Shown: positions 15,501 to 30,500, counted from the stretch's first letter. The stretch is 64,000 nt of DNA from Tubiluchus corallicola (GCA_030141605.1 JAQGDQ010000273.1:124001-188000); one strand, 5' to 3'. Numbers and translations: made by a program. The notes: generated by a model from the letters alone, not told the origin.

Positions 15501-18500
15501 AGAGAAACACTTGGCAAACCAACTCCAAAGAAAGACAGATGAACTGATTTAAGTGCGCAACAAAAACGGTTTCAAATACAAAAAGTTTAAACCTAACTAC
15601 TGCAATTAAAAAACAAAATATAAGATAAAAGAAAGATGAGAAATTTGACAGAAATGAGTTGATACCTAAATGAGTTAGTTTATGAGATATTAATACTTAC
15701 TACTAGTCAAATAAATGAACGCATCATTAAAAAGACAAATCATAAAAACAGAGAAAAAAGCTGGTAAACTACCTAGGTTCTTACTCTTAATGACGACACT
15801 GCAGATCATTTTACTTGCATTTATGTAGAACTAAATATAAACTGTACATAATATCTTACGAAATTAATAGCAAAGCTGATGAAATGTTAGTATAATTAAA
15901 TCAAGGCATGTTTAATTCTAACATTAAGTTAGAGATTGCACAAGATGCTGCTCTTACAAAGATGTGGAACTAAATAACGTGATGAAATTTAAGATTTACT
16001 GCTGTACAAAATAGTGACCAGTGACCATGAAAACAAAATTACTGAAAGGATAATTACATAATCACTGCACGACTAAAACAACAGTCGGCTCTGAGAAATC
16101 TGTCATAAGGTGTTCGCTCTTACATATATCACAATTGAAATGGTCAATACCACCATAACATTCACTGAAGGTTTAATTATATTATTGAATATAATTCGAC
16201 CTAAAAATACTAAATGTTTCTCTGTGATAAAAATGTCTGATAAAATTTCAAATGTTGGACACTTTCAAGTGCACATGCTTTCAGAAATAAAATTCAGTTT
16301 TTAATAAAATATGTGATACGTATTAAAATTAATAGAAAAAATCCCACAATGAAGACATTAATTTTTTTTCAATTCTTCATAAGAATTTTCAATTGGAAAA
16401 AGGTACTGCTGCAGTTATTAATATTATATTTAAAAACTAAGAAAAATTTGTGTAACAATGACAAGAAAAGTCTCACCAACTTTTCACCACTTCACATTTA
16501 AAATGTTTACAAAACTACCGTAGGTATTGTGCCAAAAATTATGGCATGTTTTGTGCACAGCAAACAATCTAAAAATGTGTTTCAGAATGTGTTTCAAGTA
16601 CGAGTAGATTTGTTGATTTCATCATGAGTGCAAACGTGCACATAAGTCCACCTCAGTTTTTGCAGTGCTGTTGTTTTGGTTCCACTGCAGTGACATTGCA
16701 TATATAAGGTGAAAAATAAACCATAACAACAAACTTTGAAAACTCATGCTCGGTGGGAGATGTACAATGGATAGTAGCGACACCGGGACACTGGGTTTAC
16801 CCACTACGTTCACTACGTATAAACTATGGGTCAGTCCAATAACGGGGTTACTATGGGCCTCGGTAAATCAGTAGCCACCAAAAAACAAAACAAACTAAAT
16901 TCTGCAGTGACAGTGCACTGCAAGTTAATCTGTAACCATTTACAATGGTTATAAACTACAGGGACTAATTTACCAGACCTTTGCTTCTACAGTGCCACAT
17001 CTCGGGGTACCACACACGACACGACAAAACCACAAGTTTTATTTGTGCTTCCATAAAAACCATGGCTGTGCAATAATTACATGATATGAACAATTGAACA
17101 TAGACATGCATCAGACATGTTATAAACAATAGTATTCGATACTTCAGAGATTAATAGAAATTTTTCCAAAATCATTTTTGCCAAAAATCATTTTATAACG
17201 TTTTTAAGTTAAGCAGTTTTAGTTACACACATCCAGTTTACAGTTTAACTCTTACGCATTCAACGTTACAGACATTCATTAATTAATTAAACAACACAGT
17301 TAGAAATTAGTTAACTGCCTCGTGCACGACAACGACAACAGTGCATCGGGCGAGCAAAATCAACAGTGTCGACAACTAGTGCCAAGTGATTGAGTGACAC
17401 AACAATGCATGAAATGCAAATTTACCTTGCACTTGCACTGTTGGGTAACAGGATCCGGATTGGGAGACACGCTGCCAATTGGATCGCACTGACTGGGACG
17501 CTCTAAAAAAACAAATGACATAATATTGTTAACTTACACGGCTTAAAAATCCCATGTTACAAATAATTACATACATAGATAAAACTAAAATAAAAGGAAC
17601 ATAAAAATAATTAAAAAGTCAGTAAAATGCTCTAAAACCCATAAATAAAAGTTTGAAGATAAAAGTTCATTCCATAATTTGAACAACCTCAATATACATA
17701 TTGCATCGAAATTCACAACGTTAACAACATAGACATTATTTGAAAATAGCAGCCTATTTCTGAGTCTGCTAATTTTACAAGGCACCAAAAAACCTTGCTA
17801 TTATTTGCATATGTTTTACAGGCAAAAATTTTATATACTCATATCCAATAGCGTTTCTGTTATCTTATCTAAATTAGCTACTACAGAGCATTAGGCATCC
17901 ATACAAAAATATTTTACATATTTAGTAATATTAAGACTTTAATGCTATATTCTTAAGAAAATATTTTATTCCTGTAACATTAGAGCAAATGACTTATTTA
18001 TTTGGATTGCCCAAGTTTACAAATAATTTCATTTTAAAGATAACATTACCAAAATTACAAAGAAATCCTTGACTATGAAATTAACTAAGAAAGACTAGCT
18101 AAATGTTAAAAAAGGAAACTTTCTTTTAAATCTATAAAGCACAAACTAAGTTTTCTTTGAAATAAATGAGGCATTGCAGGGGATTACATGTATATAAGCA
18201 TTTGCGTAATGCTAACAACAGCAGAAAATGGACTTCCGGAGATATACCTTTAACAAAAGTATGATAAAAAGATGATTACAAATTTACAGGCATGCACTAA
18301 ACACAATACTGCTAATACCTTTTCCTTTTGCCTTCGTGAGCGGATAATAAACTGTGAAAAACCATAATTAGTCCAAGGTAAAACAGGTTACACCAAATTA
18401 GATAAACAAGTATAAAATGTATGGAGGTATATTTCCCAATTATTAACTCAAACATCCGGCACTCATATTGTGTGGCATTAGTTTCTAAATTAGCATCTAC

Positions 18501-21500
18501 ACTTTGTGACAATCAGAACAACCATAAATAATGAACTAACATTGTAAAATGTCAATGAAAAGTTTTCCCTACTGAAGAAAGAATAACCTGCTGTTCGAAA
18601 AAAGTATGGGAATCTGTGTAAAGCCTGTCAAGTGAACGATTTAGCTGCACATTAGACTTCCTGAAATCTTGACAAGCATTAATTAATGCTAGGGTAGTAT
18701 GCTTGTAAGTGTGACTTTTAACGAAAAAATTTCATAATTTAAGTGATAGTCAAACCATAACAATAACGGTAAAAATTGCTCCATGCAAAACAATCTATTT
18801 CAAAATCCAGGGTACTTACCATGCACAAAAGTATAGTAATCAAATCCGTGAATTCAAAAACATTTGCTGAGGCAGGAGAATTTCTGTGTTGAAAAACCGA
18901 GTGACATCAGGACTTTTCAGTTTTTGGCAAATTCACTGAGAATTTTACAACGGACAAAGCCACGCGATACCATTTTTCTTACTTTAACGTGCAGCAAAGT
19001 ACCAAAATTTTTATGCAATGACAATTATCCCAAAAAATATCAAAGCCTCCTACCTCTTACACATCTTTCTCCTGGATTATAAGGGTTTCCTGTGTAACCT
19101 GGAGCACACCTGTCGCATTGTCGACCCTCATAGCCTGCCTCACAAGCATCACACGTTACCTGTTGATCTCGATCCAAGAAGCAAGTTGGTGAAAATCTAT
19201 AGAGAAAAAACAAAGTATGTTACATATAGCTATAAAGCTACTTGATCATGCAAACAAACAATAAAATAATAACAGTGATTATCTTTCACATAGTTTAACC
19301 GAATTGAGTTTTATCACTGCTCAGATTTAGACCGCTCAGATTAATTAAAAGTCTGTAACTAAAGACAAGATCCGGGAAGATCATTTGAATTCCTGATACG
19401 CCTGATTTGTGAAACATCCAGTGTTCAAGTATATGTATCTAGAAAACATTTTACTGTTGATTTCTTATACAAGTATATCAGAGAACTAATTCACAAGTTA
19501 TTAAACCTATGAATTTATTAGGTAACTGAATTTTAAATTTAAAGGAGAACAGGGTCCCATGATACAAATTGTTCTAACTCACAGAACACTGAACCTTTAA
19601 TTTAATTTCATGTTCGCGGGATTATGTTCGCGTGATTAGCATTTCACTGTTGCACACGTTTTACCATTCCTTGGTTAGAAGGACATCAATGTGCATATTA
19701 AAAATGTGTGGCCAAAAAATAGGCAATGTGGCTGATCGTAAGAAGACAGTTCAATTGTGATGTGGCGCACAGTCTCACAAGTACAGTGGTAAATTTGAAA
19801 TTTTAATTTTTAAAGTTAAAATTTTCTGAGTATTTGTGAATCATAGTCAATAGTTCACACTAGAGCTGTATTTAAATTTTTACTCTCGCAATATGCGCAA
19901 CACGTTCATGGAATGTTTCTGCGTTAGCCCGCTAGAAAATTATATTCAGTTGTGATGTCATCACTGGCTGTGCTTCCCCGGCAATAATTAAGGTTTCAAC
20001 GCTACTATTTAATTATCAGTAGCATTTTGGCATTATTCTAGGTGATAAAATGTATATTTTCGCCGTACTTCAAAATGGGATAGGATCTGAAAAATCATCC
20101 TGTTTTGCTTTATTCATTATTATAAGTTCTGTAAAACATCCAAAAAATCTTCAAAAAGATGCAATTAATCTGACCTATAATTTAACATTATAAAATGAAA
20201 CTCTACATTGTGTTTTGGAACTCAGCAGTTTCTATAACAAGTCTGTCCCCCTTAAGAAATGCATTAAATTGCACTTACTGATTGTGTTTTGGAACTCAGC
20301 AGTTTCTATAACAAGTCTGTCCCCCTTAAGAAATGCATTAAATTGCACTTACTGGTTTGGTGGTCGTGAAAGAGGGCAAGGACATGGTCTGCATGTGTTG
20401 TCCCTGTCACGGTAGTAACCACGGATACATCTTTCACACCTCGGCCCCTCTGTATTGTCCCTACAATTCTGAAAAAACATTCTAGTGTGAAAAACACAAA
20501 TTTTCTCAACCATAATCTACTGTAAACATTAGTACTCTGAACTTAAGATGGAAATCATTTTTTCCAAAAAAGCGATTAAATGGTTCATTTAATGAAATCA
20601 TTACTCAGTGATTATATTTCCTTCACAATTTTAGACATTTAGTGTTAAAATAGAGAACACATTGGAAATAGAATTAGAGTTATCTAGTATATGTGTTTTT
20701 TCCAAAGTACGTTGAAATACATTTTGTATTATATTTAGTTTTTGTTTCATCCTAAAAGTTTACTGACATTGACCGTGCCATGTCAATGTTGGATGAACTA
20801 CAACAGTTGCTGAGCACTCAGCATATAACTCAAAGGTGTCAAACGAATACCAGGTAATGATTTTTTCAGGGTATAAGACAATCATGTAAAATACCCTGAA
20901 ATGTAAAAGACAACCAATCCAAATTAATTGCATCACAGTTTTGCTTATTTTTAAGTCAGAGATTTTAATTGGAAGAGGAGCATGTCACGTGACTCATAAT
21001 TCATCCATGAAAGATCACCCTCCTAAATATTCCATACAATCATAATTTTAGTCAATCTCATTACAAGTTAGTGATGAGTGCCACGCCAGTCTTCATGGAC
21101 AGGTCCAGCGTAATGTGATGATAAAACATGACCGCATGCTAGTACTATAGGTGCACTTATAATTAAAAAAGGCAAACTGCTAAGACCTAATAACCTTTAA
21201 TAAAAAAAGCTGTGGAGTACTTACAATGCAGACTCCAGTGACTGGATCACATTCGTTGGAATGACCATTGCATTCACAGCCTACACATCGTCCTAGTGCA
21301 GGCCCACTAGCTTGCCTGTTAAATCCAGGGGCGCAGTACTAAAAATTTCAAATAATGTTAAGTAGCACATGGTACAATTTCTGACAAACCAGAAAAATCC
21401 AGCAACATGCGTTATTTTTGCTTCTTTACTTACTCAAGCTCAGCAAGCTACAGTAAGTTATATTTAGTGGAAATAATAAATTGCTATTATCTTGACTTTG

Positions 21501-24500
21501 GTCTAATATAAGCTCTTTGGCAAATATGTGCAACTCTATTATTACACAAGCTTGGAAAGTATAGGAAAATGCACAAATTTTCTTAGTAAAAATTGTCACA
21601 ATAGTTTGAAAAGCTATGATCTTAACTATGAAAATTCTTGGACTAACATGGATTCAGTTGTCTGAGCTCCTGTGTGGTCTGCACAAACTCACATAAACAG
21701 GGCATCTACATTCGTATTGTTTACTGAATTTTGGCATAGATGGTAAGACAAAAGAAACCTAATGCAAATCGCAGACATAAATAAGCAACTGGACAACTCA
21801 GTAAACTTTTCTGCCAGCAGATAAAACATGATCCATTTCACAAATAAATTTTTAAATTAATTGCACATTGAAAATTCGGTAAAGTAGTTTTAACACACAA
21901 ATTTACCTCACAAGAATGTCCAGTATATCCAGTAGGGCAAACACACTTCTCAACTTCTACAGCACGTGGTCGACCAGTATCCTGGGGTACAGCAATATCA
22001 AGCTCTATGTTGCTAATCCTAAAAACAGACATTTTATTAATCAGAATGTTTTATCAAAAGTCAAAAATATCAAATAATGTTAATAAATAATACATACAAA
22101 GATTCAAATTCACAAGTGACATGATTCTACATTGGAACACTGCATATTGCAAGTACACTCATATCTCGGTTTGCCACACCTCGTTTTTACAGATATCGGA
22201 AAATTCAGACAAAACATGGTTCGTTAAAAGTCCGGCATAATACGGACGCAGTCCGTTGTTTCGCGAGCTGACTGCGAGTTGGCGGGCCATTACTTTCTTT
22301 TCACATGTATCTCTTGATGTAAAAAAAACTTAGAATCAATTATTCAGAGTTATTTGAGTCAACTGCCGACAGTTAGGCGACTGATTCTACATTACCGCGA
22401 ATCTAACACACGGTAATCTACTGCATTAGTTTAGAATCGGAAAAAATGGACAATCGGCAAATTCAGGCCGACATCTTCCTGCACCGAGACGAGTGAAATG
22501 GGTTCAAGAAAATGAAAAATTTGCAATAGACAGCAGTAATATGCAATTAACATAGTTAGCCAATTCAAACAAACTCTTCCTAAGATGCTCCAATGTTTGA
22601 GAACTGTATTCGTAGCTCCTTACGATGAGTGCTGCAGATATTTGTTCACCAAATAGTTCAGGATATAAAAAGCTACAAGACAACATTTCACCTGGTCTCT
22701 TCCATGTACTCATCATAAGAAGCTCGGATTTGGATAGCAGTCAGATTCTGTAGAACCATCATGAAGTCTGATCTGCTGACAGGACGACCAACCGGTACAT
22801 CACCCCTGCCAGAGTATGTGTCATCTTTTAACCACTCACCCTGTGGAAATTTAAAATCAATAAATTGTGAAATGTAAATTTACAAAGCATCAGATGACAA
22901 AAGAGTAATGGGTAGCTGCTTAAACTTAAGTAATACAAAAATAAAGACAAAAAAGAAGTTGTATAGAGCATACAGATTAAATGATTTTAATGCTATTACT
23001 ACCCAAATATAATCTGTGAACTGCATAACTATTAAGCACAGAGAAATGTATGTGGTGACCCACGGAATGAACGAAAGTCAGGATGTTAAAAGCCATCAAT
23101 GAAAAACCTATCCCCATTTATTCATGATTAATAATACGCACGAATTATTCTCTCAAGTTTACATTGTACATTGTAAGACATTGATCTTTCATAGGTCAAC
23201 AAATTCTTTGGTTATGTAATTCTAGACCAGTTGTTACAAAAGTCATTCAAATATTGAAAGTTTTACACATTTCTGCACAATTTCCACCATATGTCAAAAA
23301 CAATGCTAGTTATCAAGATAATTGCAACTAATCTTATGACATACTTGCATATTATGACATGCCTGGCACATACTGAATATATTTCAATAAAAGACACACA
23401 AATCACGAAAGAGAGACAAAATACCTTCAACGTTATTTCCTGATGTGCGTAAAAATAAAAACAATTTTAAATTAGACTAAGGGAAGCCAGAATTAAAATA
23501 ACAGTGAAAGAGTTCATTTTTCAGATCACCAACTACTTCAACACGATTGTTAAAACCTGTTATTCAAACTAAGAATTACATTTTTCCGCATTCTGTAAAT
23601 GGTGAATTCACTGTAGAATGTCATGCATTATAGCAATTGCAGACTGGTTATAAGAGTTCTTTTTCAGGACATGCAGTAATATTTTCACTTCTTGACTACA
23701 GACTCTTATCTTGAGAGACCCAAGGTCTTATTTCAGGTGATTTGCATAAAAAATTCTATAAATCTGTCATTTTTGCCACAATGGTCTGTTCTTGGTTCCT
23801 CTGTAGCAAAATTCAATCATTGCTCTGTAATAATATAATTAATGTTAGGTCGACCATAATGTATAGTAAAAAACGAATGAAAAAGGTTAATACCTCCATG
23901 AACTTCACGCTAACTGGATTGTTTTGATCAGGAATAGGAGCTGCATTGCTTTTGTAGTAAAGCACCAAATTATTGCCCTAAAATAAAAAACAGAACAGTT
24001 AATGATTTTTCTACATGGCAGACAAACTGAGTGTTACAGTTTTCCTAATCAGTAAAAGCAACAACTCCCCTCCACATATAGACATAAGTGATAAATACAA
24101 GCTATTACTGAAACATTCAGCAAATGTTATAAAGTAAAAACGTGTAAAAGTTATAAAATGTAACAATATAGAAAACAGGTATTACATATGAATGTTTTCT
24201 ATTGTTACGTCATTTATATGGGTTTGTCCAGAAATAAAAAATTGCTTACTTCATCATCAGTTTACTGTTCTTAAATTAATTAAGTTTGTAAACTAATAAC
24301 TTACTATTACTAATGAATTAAAGCAATGTACTATAAAAAATCATAAAAACAAAACATTCTTTACCGTCATAATGACGTCAGCTTGTTCGGTTGGAATTGT
24401 TCGGCCTCTTGGTCCTCTATAATAGTATTCATATGACAGATCACCACCATAACTAACCAACTACAGAAGAAAAAGTCATTTTAACAATCAAGTTTTATTA

Positions 24501-27500
24501 AATAAATTTTTAACTCCTGCAAAGCACTTCAATTCTATGTCAACTGTCAATTCTTCCTTAAAATGCACACAATTGACAGAATTATTTTTGATAGAAGAAA
24601 TTTTGCTAAATTTGAAATTTGAAATCACACATGCTATACAGGCAGTATAAAATTCTTTACATTCACAATTTGCTTTATTCACCTGTGGTGATATTATATA
24701 AAATGAAATGCTTTGCTGTTGCAAATCTCGACGTTATTTTGTTATTTGAAGTGTACAAGGCATTGATTAATGACTGAACGTTAAGCATCAATAGTTTGTA
24801 AAACCTCCATATTACTAAACAACTAATCAGTTTGTAATAGTGTATGCCTGATAAACTCATGGTTTGTTGAGACAAGAAACTGAAAAACATGAACTTATCT
24901 GTCAGAGGACTTTTTTGCTAATAATTTTGATTATTATTATTAACATCCTTTCAATTTTTTTTAAATAAGTGATCAATGCAACCTGCCAGATTCTATTCCA
25001 CTTTTGACACTTTTTCTGTGCTAAAAAAAGACAACACATTATAGAAATATTAGCAGCATATTTGAGGAAATCATAGTATTGTTGCCCCATTAAAAGTTTC
25101 CACAATAAAAGCCCATAAATGTAACAAACCTTGTTGCCGAGGAATTCACGTGGAAGGTCCCAGAACAGATGCCCTCTTGGTACCACATTGTGGAAATCTC
25201 GTACGATGAACTGTCTAGACGATGGTCTGTACTCAATCAAACTTTCATCGACATCGTAATCCGTGTCAGCACTGAACATACCAATCTCATTGCCAATTGG
25301 AATCTGAGGAAATATAGGTAAGTTACTGAGTGCATAAAGATGGTCTTGAAATAATCTTCAGATGAATGTTTAACTTCCACAAAAAAAAATACAGGGCAAA
25401 GAAAAAATGTTACAAGTATACTAAAAAACTAGTGAAAATTATTTTTTCATAGCATGGGAAAATTACACTTGGCTTCTATAGTTGCACAATGTGGTAAAAA
25501 GTATTACTAACAACTAACAATTCCATGACATGAATTAATTGAATTTTGTACGTGTATCATGTCATGTCATGTCACGTCACGTCATGTCATGTCATGTCAC
25601 ATCATATCATACCATATCATATCCATTCAGTCCTGTGTTAGGCATCCCTGCCTGTTGACCGATCATTACTATCTAACACTTTAAAATCTGTTTATTGACT
25701 ACTTAGTGCGTATTGGTGGTTCTGCCATGTGTCACCATGTGTTCAAGCACAAAAATTTAGCACAAGCACTTTATTAATCACGAAATTTAAACTTTTATTG
25801 GTGAAGGAGGGTTAAAAAACCACAGGAATATTAGAAATAAATCCAACTGAAATAAACAACATTAATGCAGTAGCTACACTACTGTACTTACCGACGACCT
25901 GAAGTACTCAATACTATTGCAATCCTGAATGACACCAAAACAATAGCAAGCTATGCACTGTGAAATATCTTGGGCTCCAACGTTAAATAATGGTGGAGAG
26001 CACACATCACCTTCCGCTGTTTAATAAAAAACTCCTTAGTTTAAAAACTGATAAAAACACAATTTATTATCCTACCTGAATACTTCCTTGGTAGGATAAC
26101 ACCAATATTGTCAAGCCATATAAAAATAAAGATATATTCGCCATTTTCATTTTGGAAATTTTCCAAAGAAAATTTTGTACTGATTTTGGAAATTTTGCAA
26201 CAAATTTATAATAATTGTGACTTCAGAATAGCAGTTATTGTAATTCAGTAATCAAATCTGTACAATGTATGAGGTAAAAATGCAAATTTCACAAAAATTG
26301 GTCATGCATATTTAGAAATAAAAGAGAATGATGCGATCAGAATTTAAGATGTAAAATGTACTTTGGAGGACAACAGACTTAATAATTCAATTTACTTAGT
26401 TTAGTTTATTTCTGCCATCATAAAGGATGAACATTTATACTGAAAAGATTGGTATAACACAAATTATAACAACACCAGGTTAAGAAATCATTTTTACACT
26501 TAAATGTTCAACAGAAAGGTAGCTTGTTGTTCCCAGTTTTCATTTGCTCAAAAAACTTCATTTATCACAAAGCTTCATCATCTTAAAAAAAGTAAATTAT
26601 TATTTAATTTAATAAAATGCTTAACATTCTTTGCATGGTCTGAAATTTTATCATAAAGCATTGTTTTGGACAGCATTGTTAGGCGAGCTCAGTTGAATTT
26701 AGCAGAAGTAAATGATATGCTATATGGTAACAGTGATAATCATTAATAGTAGTAGTGCCTGTATATGTCACTTGAGTTCTAGTTCTACGTACTTTTAATT
26801 GTAAGTATGGCATCTGGTACTGCAAACACACTTCCCTTGTTGTTAATAGCTTCACAACTGTAGGCACCTTGATCAGTGAGTTGAACATTCCTATAAAAAT
26901 GATGTCACAGCTATAGTAACTACATATTAATCAATCAATCAATTGGTTAAATGCTGGAAGTAAATATAGAAAACTTTTAATGTAAATGTAGAATCAGAAA
27001 AAATAAACATTTTATTTAGCCTTGCAGTAACTCTTACACACTTTTGCTATCAAATCAAGAACCGTTTTCTTACATTAAGAATAAGAATAATGTTTTAGAG
27101 TGTCGATAAATTCATCTTTGCATCACGTACGAATCTGTATTTTCACAAGTACAGTAGGTGCTGCTTAATAGACTCACAGTTAATAGATTCAATCGCTTAA
27201 TTGACACAAAAATGCCTGGTACGAGCTGCTTCTATTCTAATGTGCATAAAAACTGTCGGTAATTGACTCAAATAACTCCGCATAATTGACTCAATATTTT
27301 TGCTTCACATGCTTCTATAAGACTTTCATGTGACTAATAAGCTTTTATGACTTTTATATCATTTTAGTTCACTTTTGTCCTATAATATACATAGAAACAA
27401 TCTACGCTACACTAATATGCTAGCTTAATGGTTTCCTTTGACCCGTCCGTCCACTGCAATTAACCTCCGTTACCCAAGAATTCCTGGAAGCTAAATATTT

Positions 27501-30500
27501 AATTACTTGCCTAGTGGTTTGCTTTTGAAACTCTGGTTGTCTTTGCCAGAAAGTTTAATCAGGTAGATGTTGCTGGTATGCCAGGGATGCAGGTACAGCA
27601 CAGAAAGTGCGTCACAATAGCAAGTGGGAGCTTAGGCGAAACTACAGACAAAGCTATTTGCGGGGAAACAGGGGCACCACCAACTGTTTAAGCATGCCAT
27701 GTACTAAGAATTTTACAAGAATTTATGCATCATACAACAGATTTTCAGTGTTTTATCATTACGTGAACTTCTTCGCGATGAAATGAAGCAGCCGACTTTG
27801 AAGGAATTTTTGTAATTTTTGCAAATTAATAAGTTAATAGGTTCAGTCAGTTAACTGGGTCAAAACACTTCGGTCCCAAAGTGAGTCTGTTAAGCGGCAC
27901 CTACTGTACCTACCAGAGTTTTATACAAGAACATATGCACAAGGCCACTAGCTTTTCATCATACGTTAGCTTTGCTCTGTTACCACACACCCGCTTAGCT
28001 ATTGATCAAATACTTTTACTTATTACAGTTTAAGTGCAGTTTTTTGTAATGTATCTAATGTATTTAATGTCCTTAGAAAGAGCATTTGTACAGTAATTTC
28101 ATTGAACTGCTGATGGAATTTAACAAGTTAAATCTTTGTATCATCAACCTACACTTTTATACTCAGTGCATCATCAGTCTAATTTAAATTATTCAAGATT
28201 GAAAAAAGATACCTGATAATGATTTTGCCATAGCCGTCCTCGCTAGTGCTGGTCACCCGAGGTGGCGGTGGGACATGCCCCCAATTTAGCCTCCAGTTGA
28301 TGAATGGCATGGGGACGCCAACAGCTTGACATTCTATTGTAACAGTTTCTCCGATTCGTGCCATTATCATTCTGATGGGTGGCTTAACAATTGTCGGTGT
28401 AGCTAGACAAAATGAAGAAGATTATACCAAGAAAACAATATCACTTATGTAACCTTATCAAGACCGAGTTGATGTAAACTTAGATATTATCAGAGTACAA
28501 ACACAGATTTATGCAATGATTATCTATGCCAGGACAGTGTATGCTAAAATGCATGTTTCTAAACTTCAGCAAAATGGTTTATTTTGGCTTAAAAGTTACA
28601 TGTTATGGTGCATCAGAAATGAGTAAAAGATACAGTACAAAATGGCAGAAGACCTCATGGTCACCTAGTCAGTCAGTCCTTAGTAGAAACTGACTGCATT
28701 GCTACCTCTAATGCCAATAAAATGATATAGAAAAGCTAGACAACTTTACAAAATTATCCCTTGAACAATGAGGTTGTTTCTTCCATTACAATGTCACTGG
28801 AATATAACCATGGCACATGCTAACTGGCACAATGGCTTAACAAACTGATTATGATTATAATGTTAATCTTAGGTTTCCTTTCTAGGCTACCAGGCATTAT
28901 GAAAGCAACATCAGTCAGAAAGACTTGCTGAAACAACTAACATGATGCCAAAATTTGCAATCTTTAGATCAGAATTTCAGCACCCAACTAATTAAGCAAA
29001 CTGACTGATACATATTTAATAATAATGCCAATGGTACACTAAGGAAAACATTAACTGCTAGTTGGCATGCAAATAAACTATGTGGAAGAATATCAGTAAT
29101 AAAAAGGATTGGTGAAATGTTGTTTCCAAATATTCTTACCACAGCCAATTTCGTCACTGCGATCCTGGCAGTCGAATTCTCCATCACACTGATATCCAGA
29201 TGGGATGCACTGGTCAACATTTAAGCATTCAAACTCATCGTAGTCACATTTTGACCCAGGAGTTCGTGTGGCTAAACATAAGGAAACACTGTGTAATTAG
29301 TAAACAATACAAAATAAAAGGCAAAAAATATCACCAAATCACAAGATTTTCAGCTGATACAGTAGGCGCCGCTTAATAGACTCACGGTTAATAGACTCAA
29401 TCGCTTAATTCCCGGAACGGGCTGCTTCTATTCAAATATACATAAAAACTATCGGTAATTGACTCAAATAACTCCGCATAACTGACTCAATATTTATCCT
29501 TCACCAACTTAAAATAAGATATTTGTATGTGCCCAAAGAGCCTTTCCTACTTTTATGTCATCTTTACTTCCCTTTTGTGCACTATGTATACTAAGTGTAC
29601 ATGATTACCATTTTGTTTGTAAGCAGGGTACATTTATCATGCACTAATACGCTAGCATAGCAATTTTGCTTTGAATCTGCTGCCCGCTCGCCCACTGTTA
29701 CCCAAAGAATTCCTGCAAGCTAAACATTTAATCACTTGCCTAGCTGTTTCCTTTTGACGTTCTCGTTGCAAATCACGCTTTCAGGCTTAATGACTTAACA
29801 GTCAAAGATGCGGGTACAGTATAATCAGCCGGTATTCCTTGTGACTTACAAGAATAAACATCGGACAGCAAATAAGAGCAATGTAAGTGAGCAGAACAGA
29901 TTTTCAACGGATTTATAATTACGAGAACTTTGTGGGCCAACTTCTTCGCGGAAAATGAAGCAGCTAACTTTGAAGGAATTTTTGTAAATTTTGCAAATAA
30001 GCAGACTTAGAAAAGTCTGTGATTTAGAAAAGTATACTTTTTAATTTATTGCTAATTCACTTATGTAAATTAATATTTTAAAATATTTTTTCTAATTTTT
30101 AACTGCACAACGGAATTTAGGTATTACTTCGTTTCTAAAATTCATTAAAAACCTTTGCAGTGCATACTAAGCTGATGGCTCATACTTCTATACCTGTAAT
30201 ACTACACCCATCGGTTAACATGTTCAATTGGTTAATTGGGTCAAAACACGTCAGTCCCAAAGTGAGTCTATTAAGCGGCATCTACTGTATTTCTAACATA
30301 ATTAGAGCAGCATATTTTAATATCAGATAAAATGTAATACACACTAAAATAGACATACGTAATGTAGATTAAATTTACTAATTTATGTTTGATTTACACC
30401 CATAAATAACTGAACAGAAACCAGGCTGTGGGGCTTGTGTATTCAGAATATCTAAACTTATTGTCTTCAGAATATAAAAAAATCAAAAACATTCTTGTTC

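Noticed and set aside
18820-18883. Strong orphan donor (G|GTAAGT) as another cassette exon
   Set aside because: Nearby acceptors give 47 or 64 nt, not frame-preserving, with no other support
425-26016. Laminin alpha or gamma chain
   Set aside because: Three laminin B domains flanked by LDLa/Ig upstream and Ig downstream is the perlecan arrangement; no LN or coiled-coil domain
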